DNA of 64,000 nucleotides from Moniliella sp. 'wahieum' (Eukaryota), in assembly GCA_003971905.1 (NCBI GenBank), contig RSEE01000086.1, positions 186,001 through 250,000 on the forward strand, in the 5' to 3' direction. This document shows, in pieces, positions 1 through 12,905 of this stretch. The notes beneath the pieces are model-generated. The model was given only the letters and a program-made list of their open reading frames with translations. It had not been told where the DNA came from and made no database searches. A program made the position numbers and the translations under genes. Every line of letters begins with the position of its first letter. Position 1 is the first letter of the stretch.

Positions 1-313
1 ATGGCGGGTGGGGGCGTGGGCATGGCGGCGGGGGTTGTGCATGGCGGCGGCGGTGGGCTGCTGGGGGCTGCGGGTGAGTCTGGTGAGTACTCAGACCGAG
101 TGTTAGGAGCCCCCCAATCCCACCGCGCTGTGGCGGCCATTGTGGGCGTGAGCCCTCGTCCTGCTCCTCTGCTTTGCTCCCTCCCGTGGCGCTGACGTAC
201 GCGGCGCCGCTAGGGTTGGGCGTGCGGCTGCTTCCGCGCTGCATGCATCACAGCGTGCATCTGCCCGTGGCTTGGCACGTGCTAATCCTATTGGCATCCT
301 CCTTGGACACATA

Positions 314-500
314 TCCTTCCTTCCTTTCCTTTCCTTTCCTTTCCTTTCCTTTCCTTTTTCCTTTCCTTTTCCTTTCCTTTCCTTCCTTTCCTTTCCTTTC
401 CTTTCCTTTCCTTTCCTTTCCTTTCCTTTCCTTCCTTTCCTTTCCTTTCCTTTCCTTTCCTTTCCTTTCCTTTCCTTTCCTTTCCTTCCTTTCCTTTCCT
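314..500. repeat. (TTTCC)n pentanucleotide microsatellite, pure pyrimidine tract
   Basis: Directly visible TTTCC/TTCC units over about 185 bp. Confidence 0.97.
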
Positions 501-635
501 AAACGTAGCGCGCACGGTCTGTGCCCCCCCGAAAAAGAAATAGCCAAACGACTTCAATCGACAAAGGTAGAGCATAGATGACATGAGGGAGGAGAAGGGG
601 TATGGCGCGTAAAGGCACCAGAGATGGGGGCTAGC

Positions 636-3600
636 TCAGAGCGAATCGGAACTGGGGAAATTGAAGGGCGAGTGCTGCGACAGCCGAAACGCCGGGGGCA
701 CGCCCATTGACCCTTCGGGCGCAAACAGCCGTTCCGACGGAGTGGGAGAGGAGGCGCGACTGCCTTCCGAGGGCGCGTACAGCGCACTCGCACGCGGTTG
801 CACAAGACTGCTTTGGCGACCCGTTAGCCATACCAGCTCCGGCGGCTCCAGCCAGCAGCACACTGGGGGATCATCATGCGCGCATGAGGGACCGACAGAC
901 GACGCGCACCGACGCTGACGTTCGCACAGACTGAACCGATGGTGCATGGTACGATACAGGCCGTTCTTCTTCCCGCCTTCGTACGCGCGCTTCCTGTCCC
1001 GAATACGGACGGGCTTGCGAACTAGGCACTGGCATGCGCGCCCGCGCGACCGCCATCGTTGCCTCCTCTGCACCACTCTCGAAAGGAGACACGGCAGTTG
1101 TCGGCGAAGACACGGCCACCGTTTGCCCCAGGGATCCGGCGCCGGCGCAGCAGGCGGACTGTAGAGCGCCTCGTACGCCGACGGGGTACGACCGGCGGGG
1201 CAGGGGGTAAAGGACGTCCTGACGGGGTACGACTGGGTGCCTTGTTGTTGGAGAGTGGATGACTGGCGGGACGAGACAGGCAGAATGCGACCGGGGAGGA
1301 AGGAGTCGGGTGAGGGAGCGGGCCGAGTGCATTGAGGTGAGGGTGAGCGATAGGAGGCTGGAGCCACGAGGGCGGATTTTCCTCCTCTTGCTCGACGGGT
1401 TGAGGGGCTGTGCGCTCCTGTTGAGTAGCAAAGGGGTCCACCAACGACTCGGTCCCGACGGACAGAGCAGTAGGCCGTTTTTCGCTTCCGCTGGGAGTGC
1501 GTTCAGTTATGAAGTCAACCACCCGCTCTCACGTCGGTTGCGAAGGGCCAGGCTGGTCACGAAGGCCTACCCCAGCGGCTGCCGAAGCTTGAACACCTCT
1601 TGGACCGACTGCGTCTCTGCCTCAGGTTCGGACACCAACTCCTCTGGCCCCGCGACGCGGTCCGCTGCGTGTCCTCCAAATGGGCGAGGTGGCCGCTGGC
1701 TCACTTGTCCTGCTCGTCATGCCGGTGGGAACGGGGGTAGCACGGGTTCAGGCGCAGGGATCCGTGCCGAAGCCAGCCAACTCGCTTCGTCCTCCGTTGG
1801 GACATGGCGGGCGATTCGGGCTCGGTTGGACACGGCGTGGAAGCGCGGTCTCCCGTTCCCGCTTGATACTTCGCCCTGCCGCGGAAGTTGTGCAGGTTGC
1901 GCACCGAGCTGCTTTGCACCGCAGTGTACTTGTCCATGCTAGGCAGCTGCGCTGGCTCAGGCTCTCAATAGGGACCAGGACGAGTGCATGCTGCTCAGTT
2001 TTCTTCCATTCTTGACTTTGGCTCGCGAGGGTGGTGCTGCTCTCGACGGGCGGCGGTCTGGGGCACGCCCCGCGCATGGAAGACGTCAAGGGGGACTCGG
2101 CATCGGTTGCTCCAGCTTCTTTTGCGCCTTGCGCCGGTGCACGTACCGCCAAACGCCACCCAAACAATAACCATAGGATCAGCGCAAATGCCACACTCAG
2201 TGTGGGGGCAAGAATGGCGGCCAAGGTACGTCCACTCATCTTGTGGCTGCCGGTGCCCGTCTAGACCCGGCGCGCTTTGCACGTTGGCCCCTGACGATGG
2301 CACAGGCAGCGGGCCAGAGAGGGTCCCTTGCGAACCCACTGACGGGCCAAACGAGTAGATCGGTTGGAGAGATGGAGCTGTGGCCTTGCATAGTGTGACC
2401 GTGCGAGTTGGAGGGGACACGAGTCGACTGCGAGGCAGCATGGCTCGCCGAGCTGTGTACGGGCGAGGGGGAGGCGGCCGAAGCCGTCGAGGCAGTCGCG
2501 GTACTGGGGTCACGGGGTCAGCTGCATGGAACTGGTTGGACCACGACCCAGTGCGTGAATCAAGCACACATCCTCCGGACCAGCCCGCTTGGACGTGGAA
2601 GCAGTCTTTCCAAAGGCGATGATCAGCTTGTGTCCGACGGCAAAGGCCGAGTGGAAGACGCGGGGGTGGAAGAGGCGGCAAAGGGACCAGGTGGGGGGGG
2701 AGACATTGAGGTCGAGAACAAAAGTGGAGAGGACATGGTTTTGTTTTCCCAGTTGCCTTGTAAGCCGCCAACAACGACGACTTTGTTGTCGGGCATCAGG
2801 GTGGCCGTATGTCCATACACAGCCCCCCTCAATCTCACCCGCCGTCTTGACCCGGTTCCATTCCCCCGTGCTGACCTCGAGGCCCAAATGGCGTAGACTG
2901 ATCACTTGCTTTTCCGAGGTCAACCCGCCGAGGTAGAGCAGCTTCTCTGTACCCTTCTCGCCTTTCAGCGGGACCGCAGCGTAGTCCCGCACAGGCACGT
3001 CCCCGCTCAAGTGCCGTGGATAGGCTTACGTTGATGGCCGTACCCACCTGGTTGGCTTCCGAACTAACGACCCACTTTTCGTTGTCGCGACGGAGAGGTT
3101 GCGGGGAATGTCGGGAGCCAGCACGAGCACGCGCCTGCCCAGCAACGAAAATGGTGTCCTGGTGCGAATGGTGTTGTGCACAGCAAGGGCTTGGACGTGG
3201 GTCCGTTCATACACTGCCGAGGAAGAGTTGAGTGCACGCCACGTCCCATTCAGACTTCCTCTCGTGACCGAAAACAGATAGGCAGGAGCGGCGGTGCATG
3301 TGTCACTCCCCCTAGGAGGAGGAAGAGTTGTTGGACAGAGACACGGCGGAGGCGAACGTTGAGCTGATACTCCTTGGGGGAGGGGGAGGGAGGACCAAAC
3401 CTGGGAAGGTCATGGCCGAGGTTAAGAGCGGAGATGTTGAGCACGTCGCGCGGTGCAGCAGATCTCCTTGCTGGGAGCGCCACCAAGGAAGACGGCGGCC
3501 TTGTGCCCTGGCAAGTGCACCACTGCTTGGCCCCACCGCGTTTCGGGCATGGAGGTTGAGCTCTGATGCCGGGTGAGAGAGACAGCCTGGACCAGGGCAC

Positions 3601-3642
3601 AGCCCATGGCCCAGGCAAGACCAGTAACTTGATTGATACCAT
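636..3642 (-). CDS. Kelch/galactose-oxidase-type beta-propeller, single-pass membrane protein (frameshifted in assembly)
   Basis: Joined frames give a signal peptide MVSIKLLVLAWAMGCALVQAVS and kelch-like blades (PETRWGQAVVHLPGHKAAVFLGG, LFLLLGG, KLLYLGGL, AVYGHTATLMPDNKVVVVGGL). A TM helix LAAILAPTLSVAFALILWLLFGW follows, then a Ser/Pro-rich tail ending at 636. Confidence 0.75.
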
Positions 3643-4992
3643 AGCTGGCGTCGGATGGTTAGCATCCCAGCGGATACGAGCAAGCACACATGGCAAAGGC
3701 ATACCTAACGGAAATGGGCGCTTCAAGCGCTGCTGAGGAAGGGATTAGAGGGGGGGGTGGAGGCCGGCTCCGTGATGGTGACAACCGACAAACCAGGTCG
3801 GTGGGGGGGGGGAGAGGCAACAACCAGTTGAAGCCAAGGAAACGGGGAGGGATGGAAGCCCAAGAGGCCAGCTCAGAAGCTCGCTGGATGAGAGGTGGTG
3901 GTGGTGGGAGAGGAAGTGGACGATGGCAGCGTGGGCAGTGCCCCGAAGAAGGCCTGCGGATGTGGCCGATTGGGCCTCCACCGGTTTGCCAAAGACTATT
4001 CAGGCGGCTACGTAGCCACGTGCCGGAAAGGCGGACGCGCGGTTGGCCCGTTGGATTGTCTAGCTCTGGCTCTGTGCGTGTCTCAGCGCCAGCGCGGCGG
4101 CCTGTGGGCTGTGTGGAGTGTGAAGCAGGCGTGTGAAGGATGCGGGAATGAACGCTGAGCGTTGCACCACGATCGGCTGGTGGGGGAGGGGGCAGGGGGG
4201 CGGCGTCCAAGGAGGACGACGCACTGGGCCGCTCGATAATTCGCCCCCTACTGGCTCTGAGTAAGCGGCTGGGCGGCCCTATATAACGTTCGCTCAACAC
4301 ATGGCCCTGTGCCGAGCGAGGCACAATCGAGACAAGGCGGGTGGGTGATGGGGAAGCATGATGCAATGCTGGGGTCTGTAGCGTCTGCAGTGGCAAGATA
4401 GATGCTTGGCCAACACCTCCTTGCCCCCTGATCTGCGTGGCCACGCTGGCACCATCCTTCCCGCTCGCGAGTTGCTGGCGACTATCTTTATCCCACGTGG
4501 CGCTCAGGGGGTTTGCATGTGACCATTGCGTGGATCGTTCAATCGCCCGTTTTTGGCGTAATCGCCCAGCGAATCTGGAGGACGACACGCCCTATAGTCA
4601 GGGCCCAGAGCGTGTACTTTCAATGGCGGGCAGAGCAAGACGCAGGCAGTTCCCTCCAAGAATGAACAGAACTAACAAACAGACCTAGCCCCAGGTGGGG
4701 GCGCCCAATCGTTATCATGAGCACTGCTCAGACCTAGAACAGAGCGTTAAAAAGGAAGACCTATGGGAGAGGCGGAATTGGCTCGGGGCCTTCACCGTGT
4801 CCATGGCTCTGCCAATGTTTATTTTCTGTCGACAGAATCGAACGAAACCCGCCCCCGTTTGACATCGAATTGTTTGTCCCTTGTGTCTGCCCCTCGTGAG
4901 CCGGTCACTGTCTGTGCGACCCGTTCGCTACCGTCCCGGGGCCCCACGGCATCGTGCTTCTCCACCACCATCTCCGGACCAGCACCGATGCC

Positions 4993-7370
4993 ATGCATCA
5001 TGAGAAACGCGACTTCAACGAAGGGATCGAGGAGCAGGGAGAGAAGGAGGAAGAGGAGTGGATCTACGTAACCCCCGCCCCCCTGCGCCCCCCGCGCCTC
5101 CGCCTCCTCCTCCGCCATCGGACCCGGCGCTGCTCTCGGCTGGAAGCCTACCCCGCGCTCGACGGCCCGGCCCTGGCTTGCCGCCCCACTGGGTCCAAAC
5201 CTTGGAAGAACAGGTTGCTCTGGCGCTGCCTTGCCATTCCGAGCCGGCTCGGCAGCTTGTCTGTCTCTCTCTCGCCCACACGCGTCTGGCTCTCGCTTCC
5301 GCCCCATCTCACTACCCTCCTCTCTTGGCCACTCCTGAAGGAAATGGTGGTGGAGGTGCACTGCCACCCACGTCGTCTGCGCGTCACGTCTTTCTCCAGC
5401 GTTTGCACCACGACAGCCTGTACGGTCACCTGGACTTACTCTCGGCCCTGCACGTCGCCACGTACGACCTGACCCCTCGGTGACGTACCCGAGGTGGTAA
5501 CGTATTTCGTCCACGCGCACCGCATCTCACTCCGCGCTCCCCTGCCACCACGACAGCTCTGCCACGCTTCGTTTCTTTCTCTGACCAGGTTTCGGCACTC
5601 TGGCTCACCCCGTCCCCACCGACTGGGTGACCACGCTCCCATCCCTCCTCCCCTGCTACCCTGACTTCTGCTGCCCCAGCTTCGAAGGCGCTTGGAAGGC
5701 TGGCGTAGGGTTTGCCTTGGTCTCGAGGCCCGCCTTGGTGATCTCGTTCTCGTTGCCGGAGGAGGAGGAGGAGGTTGGTGGTGGCGGCGGCGGAGGAGGA
5801 GGAGGAGGTGGTGGTGGTGGCGGAGGAGGGGAGGAGGTGGCGGCGGCGGAGGAGGGGGAGGAGGTGGCGGTGGAGGAGGAGGGAGGAGGAGGAGGAGGAG
5901 GAGGAGGAGGAGGGGGAGGAGGTGGGGGGTGGTGGTGGTGGAGACGGCACTGATGATGACGATGAAGACGGCGGAGGTGGTGGCGGCGGCGGAGGAGGAG
6001 GTCAAGACGACGACGAAGACGGCGACGAAGACGGCGACAAAGACGGCGGTAAAGATGGCGACAAAGACGGCGACAAAGACGGCGGCAAAGACGGCGGCAA
6101 AGACGGCGGCAAAGACGGATTGAAGCCATCCCCGCGTCCCGCCCCGCCCAAGCACTCGCGCCCGGCGCACACCCTCCCAGCCGCGTCACTACCACCTGCC
6201 GTAGTTCCGCGTACCCAGCACCGTACCCTACGACCTAGATGAACACAGGAATCCGATACCTTCTACCCTCGTACCGTCGCGCCGGGAGGAGCTGGTCATA
6301 GCCGACGTAGGTTTGGACGTAGGTTTGGCATTGGTCTGACATCGATTGGGCATCCATCAGGGCTTGTGGTGAGTGCGTAGACGAGGATCGTGCCCCGACG
6401 AGGGTACGAGGCCTCCGCTAGGACGTCGGATGGATGCTCAGGCTGAGCTCAGCGAGCGGGGACTGCAGGAGCCTGTGGGGCGCACCGGCGTTCGGCTCCG
6501 TGATCGGCTGGACCGTGCACCTCCTTGCTTTCCCTTGCTTCGCGTCCTGCTCCACCGTCGGCATGTAACGCCAGCAGAGTCCATGCGGTGGCTCGTGCGC
6601 TGGGCCAAGACGGCTTCGAACGTTCTTCAGGCCCAGGGGTGCCCTGGGTGTGCGCTTCGGGTTTCCCTGGGCCGCAGCCAGGCTCGGTGGCGAGTGGCTG
6701 CTTGATGCTTGATGTACTAGTAGCAGAAGTGTATGTATCAGATTGCCACCTCCGGCTTGAACCACTACCCACCACCATCGCCACCACCATCGCCACCACC
6801 ATCACCACCGCTAGTGCGGTTGCATCCCCTTCAAGAGCCATCCTAACTTGAGGTCTCATCACCCAAGTGTGACGTCCTGGTACAGCTTGCGTCGTCCCTG
6901 CTGAAGGAATGAAGGTGTGTGGCATCTGATGTCATCAAGAACGCAATGACTCACCGCCCGCACCGCCTACCTCAGAGGGACGAAGAATGGAAACTGAGGT
7001 GCCAGGCCGCCCTGCGGCTCTCACTAGGGTGAGGTCCTGGCCAGAGCCAGAGGGCTCCATGTCCTGTCATCGTGCCAGAGGGTGTACCCGCACAGATGCT
7101 GATACAGCGGCGTGAGCAAATATCGATCTCGAACTGATCCATCGTCGTCCACCCTCGCAAAGCTACGCCTAACACTGGAACTTGGTCGTCTGTCTGTCCT
7201 GCATCAAGGTCCTTGGTGTCAGGTACGCGCACTGCGATGCAGGCCCAACTCGGTCTTCGACATTCGCGCCGGACCACCGTGGCGACGACGACAGCAATGC
7301 AAGAGCAAGGCCGAAAGATATAACAGTTCACCTGACTCTCTTTTGGTATTCAAATGCGCAACAAAATGGA
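4993..7370 (+). CDS. Possible lineage-specific hypothetical protein with Gly/Glu/Asp-rich repeats; boundaries uncertain
   Basis: Protein-like plus-strand segments (MHHEKRDFNEGIEEQ..., HVFLQRLHHDSLYGHLDLL, DGDKDGGK repeats, MDAQAELSERGLQE...) separated by frameshifts; no recognisable domain. Confidence 0.3.
5757..6120. repeat. GGA/GGT/GGC triplet repeats followed by a 12-bp tandem repeat (AAAGACGGCGRC)
   Basis: Directly visible; the 12-mer array at about 6010-6120 would encode DGDK/DGGK on the plus strand. Confidence 0.9.
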
Positions 7371-7466
7371 TAAGGATCCATACAGGAAGGGAGGCCTTGG
7401 TGTTTCGGCACCATGTTTCGGCACCCTAAACCGAAACCGAAACCAACCGCATTACCTCTCGCCCAC

Positions 7467-8771
7467 TCAGAGCTTAGGTTTGTCCCGTTGGATGCGGCGG
7501 GTGTGACGGTAGGGGGCTGGTGAGCAAGGCCATTGACTTCCGACACAGGAGCGTCCAATAAGGCTACCACCTCGGCGGCAGCGCCCCACGAGGACTGGTA
7601 CCCGACGCCACCAAACCCATATGCCGACACGAGCGGTACATTGCGCCGTGCCTCGTCCACTTCGAACCAACTTCGATCCACTTTGGCCCCGCCGGTCCGG
7701 GCTGGGCGCAAGCCCACTGCCACGGCGTTGATCGTGACCCCCTCCACGGTGCCGTCGGTGGACAAGTCCGGGTAGACTCGCAGGTTAGCCTCGAGGATGG
7801 CGCGTGTTGTCTCGGGCCGCACGTTGGGGTCGTAATCATTGGCCAAGCGCGTACCGCCCAAGACGAATTCGCCATTGCCCATGGGGATGGCGTACACGTC
7901 GCGATAGCCCGCTGCGACCGTGTGGCTGAACCCTTGGTACGGAGCGAGCGGGCGGGACGGGCGGGAGGGCGTGGTGGCTGTCCCGCCGGCGGAAGCAGCC
8001 ATGGGCGCTGCACGCTCGTCGTGCATCGATCGGCTTGCACACGCACCACTTGCCCGCGCACGGGGTAACACCCTTGGTCTTGTACCTCGTCCAACTCCCG
8101 CGCCCCGCTTCCGGCAGCATTGACAAGACCTGTGACGGCACGGACGTTTGGGCCATAGCAAGTGCAACAGCCTGAGAGAGGGACGCCACGTGCTCATGCA
8201 CCACCTTGCCACCCAACTGCTCGAACCGGTACCGCAGCCACGGAAGGTAGAGCGGCACTACAATGTCAATCGTGCGAAACGTACATCCCGACTTGCCCAG
8301 CGGCAAGTGCGCCGTTTCTTCGTCCGAGAGCCAGCGGAAAGAAGGGTACCATTCCAGTGCCGCCCGCCAGGAGGCCGGGGGCGTAGCAAGTTGGTGCACT
8401 TCCACTTGTTCCACCCACACCAGCGGTTGCGCATGCACGTTGCTACATCCCGAATATACCTCGCGCCACGGTTGCACTTCCAGCAAGGCTTGCAGTACCC
8501 CAAATGTGGTTTTCTCCCAGCCCAGTTCGGGCCCACCGGCACTCACGTGGTGCGCGCCGGCGTACGCCGAAGCGTAGCTCGCTGGATGACCAGCTGCACC
8601 AGTGGCCAGGTGCGTCCAGGGCCGCGCGTACCGCCACACGCAACGCTCGTGGGCAACGCGGGCAGGTCGCGCGCGACCAGCGTAACGTGGCGCGGGGGGG
8701 TGCTGCTGCAGGTAGGTGATGCCGATGCTCAGGCCGATCACGCCGCCGCCGACGATGACCAGGTGGGACAT
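7467..8771 (-). CDS. DAO: D-amino acid oxidase (FAD-dependent, DAO family)
   Basis: MSHLVIVGGGVIGLS (GxGxxG), ASAYAGAHH, YLPWL, PVRGQVVRV, YAIP...VLGGT, VGLRPAR, AYGFGGVGYQSSWGAA; probable C-terminus DKPKL* at 7467. Confidence 0.93.
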
Positions 8772-9364
8772 GGTGCAGAGGGAAGAGGAAGGCGACACGC
8801 AGTGGAGGCAGGATGGGGCTGGGCTGCTTGCGGGCTGGGCCTGGCGATGGAGGATGGGGTCCAAGTTGTCCACAGACCGAGGTGGGTTCTTCCTTCGTAC
8901 GGCAGAACCCTCAGCAAACGGGTATATAGATAAGAGCGGATGTAGCTCACGATGACTCAGTCGAACCAGAAGTGGGGCCGGACATAGCGAGATGGTATGC
9001 AATCGATTAATCGATTCAATCAATCATCGATCATCATCGATCATCGATCATCTCAGTCGTTGCAATCGTGGGAATTCGTGGCTCGGACTTACTTTCGTCC
9101 TTGCGACGCCGGGAGGGACTGGCCGAGTGCCACAGCCTGGCCTCAGCCTCATCGAAGTGGCACAATCTGGACTAGGGACTCGGCTGGCTAGGCACAAGGC
9201 GCATGGACGTTTTTGGCATTGACTAGCTGACTAGGACTGCCGCTGGCAGCTGTCTTCGCACACTGAGCTCTGAGCATTAGCATTACTGACGCCTGCATCT
9301 ACGTTTTCCCCCCTTCAAGCTTCACTAGTCACTTCTGGCTCCCGGTATAACCGGCTCGGACTTT

Positions 9365-9400
9365 CTAGTCACTAGTCACTAGTCACTAGTCACTAGTCAC
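9365..9400. repeat. (ACTAGTC)n heptamer tandem repeat, about 5 units
   Basis: ctagtc actagtc actagtc actagtc actagtc ac read directly. Confidence 0.95.
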
Positions 9401-10546
9401 GGATAAACAGGCCGAACGTCGGAACGAACGTTTTACGTCGGCCGAGCGTTCAACACGTTCAACGTTCGCCATCCCCAAGCCCAACGCGGGAGCTGACGAC
9501 TCCATAATGTTAAACGTTAATGGTTGCGTACCCTGTGGTGACGGTGAGGGGGGTTACTCTACGATGAAAGAACAGCGAACAGCAGCCAGGTGGAAGACCA
9601 ACAGGACCGGGGATGACCGATGACCAGCCAGGGCCAGTGATTTTGTAGCGGAACGATGAAGGGGAACAAGCTCACGTCACAGACGGAGAGGAGAGAATGG
9701 GAGGGGAGGAGGGGGCGAGCTCAACGTCACTTAGACGGAGGGAAAAGACTAGAGGAAGGGAAGGAGGGGGAGGGCGCACAGGCCAGGAAGACAAGACGGA
9801 AACTAAAGGGGCCCAGACCAGGACCGGGACCAGAACCGGACTGGCTAGGAAGGGGAGGGGGGGGGGAGGGGAGACACACTATGTGCATCATGAGGACCGA
9901 CCGAAAAACGGAAAAAACGAAAGGGGGGAAGAAGAAAGTGTGTAGAAAGCAAGAAAGACAGAAAGAGAGAGAAGAAAGAAAGAAACGGGGAGGGGGGGGG
10001 GGGGGGGGAGAGGCCAAAGGGAAACAAAACCAAGAAACCAACGTAACTGAAACTGGGGGAAGGGAAGGGGGAAGGGGAAGGGGAGGGAAGGAGGAGGGAT
10101 GCAGACTTATGGGTGCGACCGGGGGAGCCGAAAGGCCAAGAAAGGTCAAGCGCCCGAGGGCCCGGGGGCCAAAGTCAAGCTGTACGAGGGCAAGCCGACA
10201 TGGGCTGCGATGGCTCCAAGTCGAGCGCAAACCGAGCCAAGGTGCGACGCTGGGAATACAACCGTTCCAATGCCCACTCGTCCCGCATCGGGGTAAGGTT
10301 CGAGTTCGAGTTGGATTCGGTTGGAGTTGGAGTTAGAGTTGAGTTGGGGTTCAGGTCGGGCGAAGCGTGTTTTTCCTGTTCCCCTTGTCGCGCCCCTCGC
10401 GTGCATCAGTAAATGTGAGCGAGGTGCGGCGACTGGAAGCGCGACTGGGTCCGCGACTAGGTACGCGACTGGGGGTGGAGGAGCGCGAGACGCGCACGGC
10501 TGGACTGACGGCGCGACGTAAGAGCGAAGGAGCAGCTGGTTGGAAC

Positions 10547-12905
10547 TCACGTTGGTCCCTGTTCCCTTGAGCGGCACAGGGGTCGAGTTACGTTCTTAGG
10601 TGCCAGCAGGTGGAAGCGTCGCTTCGGTTCTTCCCGCGCGTGCGTGCCCAAGGCCGGGGTGGAAGTCACCATGGCTTCCAACTCTTCTGATGTCACGGAT
10701 GCTTGGGAGGAGAGCGAGTGCGCAGAGAGTGTCCGACGCAGAGGCGCTTCCTCCCCGTCAGCTGCACCGGCAAGCGTCAACATGGGCGTCGTCGACGCAC
10801 AGTGTCCGTCCCGGCCGCTTGCACCGGAACCGGCACCGGCACCGGGACCTGAACCAGGAGCCGTACCCGGGGCGAGCGAAGGCGGTTGGTGTGCCACAGG
10901 GATTGGATCGCCTGCTCCACCTTGCGCATCGAGGCCAAGACGTGCGGTCGCCAATGACCCAACAACGACCGTGCCCAAGTCAGGTTGGATGAGAACCCAC
11001 CCAAGGCGGATTGGTACGCGTCCCAGCTGTACCCAAACGCTTCGTGCGGGGGGGATGGCCGGTGCATCTTCCCCGACGGGCAAGCGGCAGTAGAGAATGT
11101 GCAAGAGGATCAAGGGTGGAGTGGCGCGGAAGGCCGTGACCGTGTCACTCTTGGCTTTGGGCGACGCACGCCGGGCGAGGCGCCAGGGCGTGAGCCAACG
11201 ATTCCGGGTTGGACTGGAGTGCGTGCAGAGCATGACGGTGTGCTGCTGCAGTGCGTTGACCGCTTCAGCCAACGCGAGACGTGCCAGTTCGTCCTCCTCG
11301 TCCGGCAGCAGCGAATCTTCCGACTCACTCCTCGTCCGGAAGCGACAGGTTGTCCGGCAGGAAGCCCTGCACAAACCCACGGAACAAGTGGTCGAACCGT
11401 TCCAGGTCGCCCAGCACCTGAGCCGTCTTGAGCGGACGGAAAGCGCCGCCACCAGGACGACGCTCCAGTCCTCCGGATGGCACGGCGTGAGCACAGGGCC
11501 CATGGTCCGGTTGGGCGTGCTCCATCCGCTCACCGACATGGTAGGCAAGTGCGGCCGTTCTTGCCGCGGCTTGGCCGGGAGCGCAACCGCCTTCAATGCC
11601 GAGGTCAGTTGCGCCGGGGTGGGGGTGCGTTTCGTCTCCCCTTTCTCCGTCGGCGGGTGGCTGGCCACCGCGGTCGCCCCCGTAGGAGCGCCCAAGCCCG
11701 CTGCGTACACGGTTCTTGGTGTCGTGAGCTGAGCACCAGAAGCGCCTTCCACAGCGTCTGAATAGCGGTAGAGATGAACCAGCCCTCGCCATCTTGCGAG
11801 GTCCGTGCCTCGATGCGGGATACGAGCAGCAGCCGGGCCGCTGCCAGACGAGGTTCCAGTTCCTTGTCCCATCCCGGCTCGGGTTCGACCGACGGCGCAA
11901 AGGGGCGCGGCACGGCACGGAGGAGGGTTCACTGAGTGCTGCGCGTTCGCCGGCAAGAATGGGGGTGATGACATGCAAGATGGACGCCTCGATTTGCTTG
12001 CGGACGGGCGTCAGCAGATCGGCGACAAAAGGCGGCATGGGCGGGGCGAGGGTACGCTCCAGTGCATCCTCCAGAATCCACGCGGTAGTAGCGAGACCGA
12101 CGTTGAATTCCATCGCGGCGGGCAATACGCGGGCCTCCTTGGCGGTGAGAGGAATGATCATCGTCTGCGGGTCGCGGGATGGGGTGACCATCAGGCTGTC
12201 GATGCGGTTGGCAAACAGAGTGAGGGCACGGAGGATTTGGCGGGCACGGCACGGAGCAGGTACGAGTCGATTTGAGCAGCATGGTTCAGCTGCTCGGCCA
12301 CGGTCTCGGCCAGCTCGAGGGTCTTGCGCCGGTCCGGGAGACGGGTGCCCTGGTAGGCGACCACGTCGAGGGAGGGACGGCGCTGGCGCCGGCGGCGCGG
12401 GTCCGCGGGGCCAAGGCCGAGGTGATGTTGGTGGCGTTGTGCAGCTGGGACGAACCAGTGGGCGGGGAGGAAGGTCTTGTTGGCAAGCTCGGCGAGGCGC
12501 AACTGGTAGTGGCCCAGCAGCTGGGGTCGGAGGCCGGAGGGGAAGCCGGAGGGCGGGCCGGACGCGCTGGGGGATGCGGTGGCGGGGGCGCGGCCGCGGC
12601 CGAGGCGGGGCTCGGGGGGGCGCGCGGGGGAGGAGGAGGAGGCGGGGGTGCGGATGGTGGGGAGCGGAGAAGAAGCGGCGGGCGTCGCTCGGGACGGCGG
12701 CCGAGGGATGGGCAGGCGGGGACGGGGTGGGGGAGAGAGGGGGTGGGCGCGGGCGAAGGCACGGGGGGGGGCGGAGACGCCGAGGCAGCGGGGGGGGGGA
12801 GTGGGGGCAGGGGCGGGGGCGGGGACAGAGGCGGGGGGGGCGGGCGGAGCGATCGCGGGAGGCGTCGTGGCGGCGGAAGACGTGGCCCTTGAGCTGGAGC
12901 TGCAT
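10547..12905 (-). CDS. Uncharacterised alpha-helical protein (weak resemblance to COG5 C-terminal region)
   Basis: Joined frames: MQLQLKGHVFRR..., RQILRALTLFANRIDSL, FNVGLATTAWILEDAL, DGEGWFISTAIQTLWKALLVLSSR, DELARLALAEA, PPLILLHILYCRLP, SPPHEAFGYSWDAY. Confidence 0.6.

Noticed and set aside
1..45. Possible 5' end of a minus-strand gene (ATG CCC ACG CCC CCA...)
   Set aside because: Too little sequence in the window to support a call.
174..584. FPFLS and KGKER repeat ORFs
   Set aside because: Translations of the TTTCC microsatellite.
9560..9582. CGATGAAAGAACAGCGAA resembling a 5.8S rRNA motif
   Set aside because: The match is short and gapped, with no flanking rRNA or ITS similarity.
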